Shown here in pieces: positions 54,661 through 64,000 of a stretch of 64,000 nucleotides of DNA. Each line of letters begins with the position of its first letter. Position 1 is the stretch's first letter. A program made the position numbers and the translations under genes. The notes beneath the pieces are model-generated. The model was not told the DNA's origin, did not search any database, and was given only the letters and a program-made list of their open reading frames with translations. This DNA comes from Paraspadella gotoi (Eukaryota; Animalia; Chaetognatha), in assembly GCA_051294375.1 (NCBI GenBank), contig CM119267.1, positions 18,020,992 through 18,084,991 of the forward strand. The letters run 5' to 3'.

Positions 54661-55786
54661 TTACAAAAAATATCATAAACATATTTTACATAAGTTTTTC
54701 AGTTTTTTCCGGCGAATCCAAAACAGTTCTTAAAATTAAAAAAAAAATGTTTTGAAATTTTATGATTTTATAAGAATAATACTATAAAAAAATTTAATTA
54801 ATAATACTGTTATACAAAATTTATTTGAAAAGGGACTTAATTATTTTTTATTACATATACAAACGCAGCAAAAAAAACCCTTGTTCCATTAGCCATAGCC
54901 GATGAAATTTAAATGCTAATGTATACAGCGTTAAAATAATCTATCATGACCATAGATTATGGTATTAAAATATTTTTTTGGCAAAAATGCTTTCTTCTGA
55001 GGGTACTCGTCTAATTAAAAATATTATATTACTATATAGAGCAAAAAATATTTTTTTAAAATTCTAAAATTTTTTGATGGATTCTGATAGAGCATAAAAA
55101 GTTAAACAAGAAATATAATTACAGCTTTTAAAAATTCTTACGTTTTCTATGTGAAAATATAAAAAAACTGATAAAATCATCGAAAGATGACGATGATGAT
55201 GATTTTTTACAGTTTTTCTTATTTTTGACACACTTATCGTAAAAATATTTAAAAAAGAATCATACTTTGTGTAGACAACTTTTTATGAGCTATCTGAATC
55301 TGGTCTTAAAATTTAAAAATTCAAAAAAAAATTTTTGGCCTTTCCTATCTATAAATAAATATTAAAAAATTAATTACTAGGGTATAGAGCCATATTAGAA
55401 ATTTTTTGTCCATTGAAAGTATTCTTAAAAATGTCTAAATATTCGTTTGAGCATGTACTCGCTCTAAATTTTTGACTCACCCCATTGAGTGCGGCTACCC
55501 CTAGTTCCATCGCTCAATCTTTTCATCATTCTACCCTACTGATTAGTTTATTTTTTGACAATTAAATTTTTTTTTTTTTTCAGAAACTGTAACTTTAATT
55601 TTCCTCGGTACTTTATTATTTTTTTTAATTGACGATCGCAAAATATATTTTTTCTTTGTTTATAAATTAATTTTCTTTTTTCAAATTTTATTTTTTTTAG
55701 TATCAAAATTTGTCGTCAATCCAGATTTTTCTCATGCGATTGCGACGATCCTTATGCTTTTAGGATTTTTTTATTTAGATTTTACC

Positions 55787-58700
55787 ATGATCGCTACTGA
55801 CACTTTGTGTAACCCATACATGGAAACCAAGTCGCATCCCGAAGAGGCTGCGGCCGCCGCCGTAGCCTCCAACGCACCCGCGTCCTCCGCCCATTCGCCG
55901 GAAGACGCTAACGTCGTCGGAACAGCGTCGCCCCCCGTCATAGCCACCTCCAGCGGGTCGCGTGCCGATTCTCCAGCAACGACGCCAAAGCGCGCAGAAG
56001 CAACCTCCGTCGACGACGTCGCCAACGCCGTTGACAGAATGTCCATCGAAGAACCGGAAGGGGCGGCGACGGAGCCGGAACCGCCTCAGGAAAACGAAGA
56101 GGCGGAGCCCGAAGAATCGAGAAATGAAGACCCCTCTTCGCCCGCTCCCCCTTCGCCCAAACCCGTCGATGAAGAAGCGTCGACCGAGGATCCGCCGGAG
56201 AATCTTCAAGGCCTCATCTCTGACGAAGATGACGAAGAAAAATGCTGCAAGCTGTGCAATCGCAAGTTCGACCGCCCTCGTATCCTCGGCTGCCTTCACG
56301 TGTTTTGCCACAGATGTGTCACCAACCTGGTGGAGGGAGGCGGTTCTGGCCCCTCGGCCGAGTTTGAAGACGAGGAAGATGAAGAAAAGCTCTCTGGCGT
56401 GGATGGGGCCGGCGACAAGCCCCTGCCGCCCGAGACGGAGAAGCTGCTCAATGGCTTGACCAAGCTTATGAAGCAGCGGAAGAAGGCTGCCGCTGCCGCT
56501 GCCGCTGCTGGCGATAACCCCTGTCCCTCCAACCCATCGAGCGTCATCGTCTGCCCGGCTTGCCAGCAGGAGACCCGACTGGCTCCCGGCGGCGCCGCCT
56601 CGGCCGTCGAGTCTATGCCTCTCGATCACGTCATGGCCGCCATGGTGCAGGTCAACGCGGCCGAGAGCAACGAGGACCCGGTGTGCACCTCGTGCAAAGA
56701 CCAGGGCAAAGCCGAAGCCTCTTGCCAGGATTGCGCTAGTTTTCTGTGCAGTCAATGCGTCACGGCGCACAGGTTTATGCGCTGCTTCGAGAACCACTCG
56801 GTCATATCCCTCGAGGATCTCGCCAAGCAGGACGGCGGCTCATCGCGCGTGCAGCAGCTCATGCACAAGACCCCGCTCACATGCGCGGAGCACCCCGCGG
56901 AAATTCTAAAGCATTTCTGCCACACCTGCGCCGTTCCGATTTGCAACGAGTGCCTCATCGGCTCCGGTAAGTTATCAGTGTCTATCATAATTCAAATTAA
57001 AATTTCAATGTTAATTATTCGTTAATAAAGGTGGGAGAACTGGTGGCTTGATTAATGCAAGAAAAAATCATTTTCAATACTTTTTTGAAAAGTTGGAAAT
57101 ATTGTTAAATAAATCAGTAATTTTAATATGGTATATATTCATTAATTTTACTTGACAGGCAACCATCGCCAACCGCAGCACAAGTCTGAGCGGATTCAAG
57201 ACATCGAGATACCTCAGAAAGAAGAGCTTCAAGTTCTTCTTAACGAGTCCCGCTCCAAGGTTATCCTCTGCCAACGGGCGTCTAGCTCTCTCGAATCTTG
57301 CCTCGGCGACCTGCAGCTTCAGCGCGACAACATCAAGGGTCAGATCGACGAGGCTTTCCATTCGTATAAGGCCTTTCTGGAGCAGCGGCACGAGAGCCTC
57401 ATGAACGAGTTGGAATCGTCCCACAAGCAGCAGGAGCTGACTATCATGGAGATGTTTCACAACGTCGAGAAGACCATCGAAAAGATCGAAGACGGCACCA
57501 AATTTGCACAGAGGATCCTCGACAACGGCAACGCGCAAGTAAGTCCTTTCAGGCGATAGCAAACTGTACAATGCCATGCTAATAATTTTTTTTATAAATT
57601 TAACACCAGGCCATCTTAAGCGTGAAAAAGCTGATTAGCGACCAACTGCTGTTTCTCATCAACAACACTCCGAACCCTCAGTTGAACATCCATCTTGAGT
57701 TCGACTCCAATGCCGCGCAGTTCAAGGAAGCCGTTAATAAATATTACGGTAGCCTCAAGCGTCCCTCGGGCGAGGCCATCGCTGCCAATGGGGCCAATCA
57801 CTTCGCCACTTCGCCGCAGTCCTCGGACTCTCCGGCTCCATTTTCCGTCACATCCCCCTCTTCTGGAGGCAGTTCCTTCATTGGCGCTTCTCCATCGCAG
57901 TTCGGGGCCCCTCCAGCCACCGCCCTCGGAGCTCGGGATAACGCAGCTGCTAACGCGATCGTAGCAGCGACGCTGGGTAGCGAAGATTTGAGCTTGTTTG
58001 GCTCTAACCCGGGTATCGCATCGCAATCGTTCGGCGCAGCTAACCGCATAAGGTCCGTTGGCGCCTTCACCGAAGACGCCGCTTTTTCCGACCCCGGTTC
58101 TATAATGCCGACAAACCAGAGCAACTCCGGTCTCCGAGTCGGCGGTGGTGCATTCGCACCGTACCCACAAGATCCGTCCAGAGCCTCCGCCGCTGTCGCT
58201 CTCAAGCCGCCGGCGACGGTGTCGTCGGCCATTGTCGGGGCCAATAGCCGCCCAGGGGCAACCATCGGATCCAATCTTGACGTGACCGAATTCTCGCAAA
58301 GTAATCAGTTGACGGAGATTCTCCAGCAGGTGAACGAGCAACTCGGAGGGGCGGGCTCTGGCGCCGCCGGGGCTCTTGGCGGAATCTCTCCAGCTCTGCT
58401 GGAAAATATCGTTGAAGGATTGGGCAGCAACTTCTTTAACAACTTCGACATCGCGTCTCTCTTGTCCGGCGAAGAGCCAACGGTCAATAATCAGGTTACC
58501 CAACAGCCTCAGCCCCACAATCCCCAACATCAGCCAAACCTGGCACCGGGCGCGCCCACCCAGCGTCACATGGGTCCTTCACCGCTTCCCAGTAACCATC
58601 CTACCGTTTCGGGAATCCAGCGCGGCCCCGGAGGTTCCCCTAGCTCCTTGCACGATCAACACCACGGGGGCGGACAACCCCACGCTCAGACCCAGCACGG

Positions 58701-60600
58701 CGGTCATCACGGAATAGATCATCGCTCCTCGTCGCGTAATTCTCACTCTCCCACTATTTCTGAGAGTGGCATTTCCATGGACGGCTCGAGCCAGTCCGGA
58801 GGATCGGCCGGTTCCGGCTCCGCCTCCATCGCTACTCGCTTGGGTCTCGGCGCTCAGAATTTTGGCGGGGCCGCCACCGACGCCGCGGCTCTTTTCAAAC
58901 CGGGCGTGTCGCTCGGTGGAGTCAGCGTGAGCAGTTCCGGCCAGATATGCATCAACGGCCAGGCCATTCCAGGAATCAACATCAATAACCTTGACGGACC
59001 TGCCGTGTCGCAGCTCCTTCAGGCCCTTCCCAACAATCTGGGTGGAGGAGCTTCTGGTGGCGGTTCAGTCACTCCCACTTCGGGCACTGGCGGAATAGAG
59101 TCCTCCCCTTCCGGAGTATTGGGCGGTGGCAGTGGCAATTCGCGCGCACTTAGTTCTGTGCGAGACGTCTCTGACGCGCAGGTTCTCCTGAATTGTAGCA
59201 GCGGCAGTGGGGGACAGATTGGCGGACCCGGTTCCGGCCCTAACCCTAATTCTACGTCCTCTGCCGGCGTCCTCTCCAACATCGGCTACTTCGACCCGTC
59301 CTCAACGCCGCGCCCCAGCACTCCGCAGATCCATTCGGAATTCCACCATCCAGACAGCGGTCTCATCTCTCCCGGCGGCTCCGGGTTCGGTGGTTCCGAC
59401 GGAGGACGCACTGGCTCTTCGGCCGGCCGCGCCGCCGTTGCGTCAGCCGCCGCCGTTGGCTTTCCCAACTCCCACCCGCCATACCCGGTGCGCGGCCCCA
59501 ACTCAAAGTGCCAGGCCATGCAGATTCGTCACAAGTTCGGCACCCTGGGACCCGGCAAGTGCCAGTTCAACTCGCCGCACGGGTTCTGCCTCGGAGGAGA
59601 GGAGAACATCGTCGTCGCCGACACCAACAACCATAGGGTGCAGGTCTTCGACAAGAGCGGAGAATTCAAATTTCAATTTGGAATCCCGGGACGCGACGAG
59701 GGTCAGCTGTGGTGAGTCTATCTTATTCTATTTATTTTTAGAACGAACTTTTCTTTTCACGACCTATTCGCATTCAGGTACCCGCGTAAAGTAGCCGTGC
59801 TGCGCTCGACGGGCAAGTACGTGGTATGCGACCGCGGCAACGAACGATCTCGCATGCAGATCTTTACAAAGAACGGACACTTTATTCGTAAGATCGCCAT
59901 CAGGTATAATCCAGTTCAGTAAAAGGTTACCATTTTGACGCTGAGTGGGCTATAAAGTTTGACTATTTCATTCGCAGGTACATCGACATCGTGGCCGGGT
60001 TAGCCATCACCTCTGGCGGCAACATTGTGGCTGTTGACTCGGTCTCGCCGACCGTGTTCGTCATTGCCGAGTCCGGCGAGCTCGTCCGCTGGTTCGATTG
60101 TAGCGATTACATGCGAGAACCCTCTGACATCGCCGTTTCCGGCAAGGAGTTTTTCGTTTGCGACTTCAAAGGTTAGACTTTCGATTTTTTTCTAGGAATG
60201 AGAATAAAAATTTTGAATAGGACATTATGATGACTATGATTACTGTTTAACTTTTTCGATGCTTTTAACATCATATCGAATGAATTCTCTAGGACACTGC
60301 GTCGTGGTTTTCAGCGAGGAGGGTCAGTTCATGCGGCGCATCGGATGCGAGAACATCACCAACTTTCCCAACGGCATCGACATTTCAGACGCCGGCGACG
60401 TCCTGGTCGGCGACTCCCACGGCAACCGGTTTCACGTGGCCGTTTTCCAGCGCGATGGATCCCTGCTCTCAGAATTCGAATGCCCCTACGTCAAGGTTAG
60501 CCGCTGCTGCGGCCTCAAGATCACCTCTGAGGGCTACGTTGTCACTCTGGCGAAAAACAACCATCACGTCCTCGTCCTCAATACCCTTTACATCACCTGA
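55787..60600 (+). CDS. brat: TRIM-NHL protein, brain tumor (Brat/NCL-1) type, with RING, two B-boxes, coiled coil and NHL propeller, 6 exons
   Basis: NHL sequence [123 protein letters not shown] is Brat-diagnostic. B-boxes CTSC..CQDC..C..C..H and CAEH..FCHTC..IC..C. Confidence 0.92.
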
Positions 60601-63600
60601 GAATGAAAGAGGCCTGGCGACATTGATGAAGTAGAAGTCAACGCGTTGTTTCTCAACTCTGATCAGATGCACCGATTTTTACTCTAATTTAATTTCTTTT
60701 TACTTTTTTCTTTTTATAGTACTTTTATTTTTGTCTTTCGGATTTCTTTCTCATCCTGCTCTTCAGTCTTTGTCTTTTCCTCTTATTACCCCCATTGAAC
60801 CTATATTTTTAAAGTTTACTCTTGCCTCCTAATTAAAAAATCTTCGAAAGATAATAAGTTTACCATCTTCAAATTTTATTATTTCAAATATTAAATACGG
60901 TGATCCTCGTTTGTGTTGGCTCTTTATGGTAAAAAGGAGGTGCGATCAATCGGAAAGATATTATTTTTACGCGAAAAAAACTGACAGTCCTCTATCGACT
61001 GCGAGAGAATATTAATTTCAATATTAAACGATAATTATTAACGGTTAAAACCAACTTTATCACAAAAAACTAAAGAAATTACCGGCCGACGTTTTGTGTC
61101 ACGTGGTACTAATAATTATTTTTAGCTCGTACGTTTTACTTGTGTAGAGTAGAGAAATCGTGTGTTTGTCTCTCACTTATATTTTTTGGGGAAAAGGGGC
61201 TTCGGTATTTTTTTTTTTTTTTTTTTTTTATATACAACTCAAATAAGCATTTTTTCTGTGTATTTATATTTTTTAAATGATTGAAGAGACCGACAATCTG
61301 TTCTTTTAGATTATTGTAATTATTATTTAAAATTAAAATCGGTATTATGTAAAGTCTAGTACATTGTTGGTCTATTTAAATATCAGTTAGAGAAATGTCT
61401 TATGGTCTCTGATGGATTATGTGGAGGTCTTGCTATTTTTTAGTCGCTTAGCACGGCGTTATGAATACTGAATAGTAAACTGCATCGGAGTATTTTAGCC
61501 CTATACATATATCATGAATGTATTCTCCTGTTCCATCCCGGCCATTTTCGTTTTCGTCTGGCCTGGTGAGAAGTGTTTTATTTAAAAACTGAAAAACGTA
61601 TTCGTAGGCTATAGTTGTTATATTTACTTTTACAATTATAATATTTTATTACAATACCGCTCTAACTAATACGCTGATCGCTTTATAAGGGCCACCACGT
61701 AATCCTTTAATCCATCGCACGAGTTAATAAAATAATGTATTTTCGCCTTCGATTTTTGGTGCTCTGATTTTTAATCGACTTTATTCGTCCTTATTTTCCC
61801 CAATTTTTTCGTTATATACTTTAGCTTTACTTCAACAACTTAAAAACCCTTTTTCTCTTATTATTTGAGGTAACGATAGTTATATATAGTTCACTCCTTT
61901 GGCAGTTTTGAAACGGACCCGTCGAGACGAATAATTTTATATACGCAGTGATTTGCCCAAATTTTTTTGGTAAATTTCAACTTTTTTTAAACCGAGTTTC
62001 TTTCTCGAAGGTGAACATTGCAATAAATAATATTTATTACCCGCACCTTCGCTCGATTATTTTTTATACCTAAAATTGTCTTTTCGGTCCCGTTTCCATT
62101 TTGTCATACGAGTAGTATTACAAAGTTATGATTTCATCCATAGAGTAGTAGTCTTCTTTTCTGAAGAATTTTTAAAGATATTTTTTTTTCCTTTCATTGG
62201 CGCGTGACGGGAGGTGGATGATAATAATGGGATTTTTTGTAAGTAAAAAAAATCCTTTATATAATCCCCCTTCCTAGCCTCCAACTATTCGAACATATAC
62301 TATTGACACGATTTTATTGTACGTTGGAATTTATTGGTTTACCAACTTTTTAAAACCCGTAGAAACTTCGGAGCGACATCGCGATTTTTGCGATGTTGCA
62401 ATGAAGAGGTGAATTGCTTGAGAACTGGTACACTCTCCAGTGTCTTATTTGGAAGGATTTAGCTTTTTGGTATTCATATCACGAAGAATTTCTATCCGTT
62501 CCAAGCAAACAGGTAACACAAGAGTATTGTAGTTCGTCAATTTTGCTATTCGGGTAGAATTTCTATTTTTTTCCCTTTTTTAAATTTAGACTTTAAATTT
62601 AGGTCAAGTTCGTTTGGCCAAGTTTTTTTATGTATGCATCTCCTATTATTAAGCCGATGAGCCCCTTTTTGGGATCATCAAAAAAAATTTAAAAAAACAA
62701 AAAAATATTAAAAAAAAATATTAAAAAAATCAATCAAAACAAAAAAAATATATATATATTAGAGATGAAACACTTTTGGTGTTAACGTCCTTTATTTATT
62801 TCGTTCGTTGTGTTCCTTTACTGTCTTTCGTTTGCTAAATGTTTACAGTATCCACAGTGACTTTCGTCGGGAATTTTCCAGTATTTTTGATAAGGCGTAT
62901 AACAGAAGATGGTTAATTTTTTTTTTTGACTTGGCTAAACTTGGATGATTCTCTAAATCGTTTCATTCTTGGCGAAAGTTCACGGCGGATTATGTTCACA
63001 TAAGTAAATTGGTAAAGGTCTACTATGGGTGGGCAGGCTGCTTACTTTTAGACTAATGCTCAATTATTCTCTTTCTATAAGATTCTAAACATAATTTTAA
63101 ATCCTCTTTGTTAAACGGTAACCTTTTTTTTTTGTTTTGAAACGGAAACAGTTATTGTCTTTGACAAATGTTTACGATAAGCTATTATTAGGCTGTCTGT
63201 AACGAACATATCGCCACCGTTTACACTCTACTTATACTCTTTAATCCCACAAAATGATAATTGAAGATTTCTTTGTATATATTCACTTTAATCATAAAGA
63301 CTATGGTCTTCCTTATTTTACCCTTTTGCAGTCGCGAAGGAAGTTAATTTCGTGTTCTGTCCCCCCTCACTGGGCCGAGTCACGTGGGCCCTGATTTTAG
63401 CCTTTTTTTACGGCTGTTTTACATTAAATGCCGAATTTTTATCAAAAGAATTTTCTTTTTCTTTTTCTTTATCCAATTTTTGTTCTTGTAAATTTTTCAG
63501 TGGTCTTAGCCATTAAGGATTTGACCAAATATATTTTATAGGTGTATAAGCATTTTTGAAATTATTTAGCATATGATCTACTGTACCGTTGTTTTTCTTT

Positions 63601-64000
63601 ATGACGATGGAAGCTCATGGAGGGTTTTGAAGTAGTCTACAATGGTTTCTCTGAAATATCACCGATGCTCTCAATAAAGCCCGATGTAGTTTTAAATATT
63701 TTTGCTACCTGTGTTGCATGATAAATAAATACATGTGAACGTTTTTTTGCCTAGTTTATTGAAAATGTCCGTTTGGGTTATTATTTCAATATAGGGTGTT
63801 TCCTTTGTGCTTTTTTTATACAAGTCACTTGTAAAAATGGGCAAAGGCAAAGATAAGTTTTTTAATGATAATTAGTAACAATGATTTTATTTACCGAGAG
63901 CCTGGAGAGTTATGTCTTGTATTGTATTTCGTGCTTATATATATATATATATATACTAAAGTCGATGGCTGTCAATGCAAACGAGAAACTACAGTTAGGT

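Noticed and set aside
56775-58569. Long minus-strand ORFs opposite brat (and similar ones opposite the BAH gene, EXOC3 and cyclin T)
   Set aside because: Shadow ORFs of GC-rich coding exons; no motifs or splice structure of their own.
60733-60768. Minus-strand CTGAAGA-gca-GGAT..ATCC-GAAAGAC hammerhead-like string
   Set aside because: Three extra core bases and no stem III/NUH cleavage site; lies in low-complexity 3' UTR.
60601-64000. miRNA (let-7) or PUF/Brat sites in the long AT-rich region after brat
   Set aside because: No full let-7 seed match seen; an isolated TGTATATA is expected by chance in AT-rich DNA, and the UTR extent is unknown.

Overview
Gene-dense eukaryotic (animal-like) DNA with GC-rich exons and short (mostly 60-100 bp) AT-rich spliceosomal introns, so the ORF track shows only exon fragments. 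By hand I can assemble 17 genes, 16 of them on the + strand. In order they are: the 3' part of a BAHCC1/TNRC18-like Tudor+BAH gene, an SLC38 transporter, a C2H2 zinc-finger gene, two tandem SAM methyltransferases (the second frameshifted), an orphan Cys/His gene, EXOC3, IMMT/MIC60, GPN1, an F-box/LRR gene, RFC2, a Lys-rich orphan, Rab33 (- strand), a cyclin T-like gene, WBP4, a two-domain glyoxalase and a RING-bearing brat-type TRIM-NHL gene. The non-coding DNA holds the most striking signals. There are three Penelope-type minimal hammerhead ribozyme motifs, one with an intact core inside a 64-bp perfect fold-back flanked by a 13-bp target-site duplication. There are also a hAT MITE with an 8-bp TSD, a Kolobok-like TIR element and two tRNA-headed SINE-like elements. 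Gene organisation hints at operon-like/trans-spliced clusters and unusually frequent AAG 3' splice sites. All gene models and RNA folds were derived by eye, without searches.
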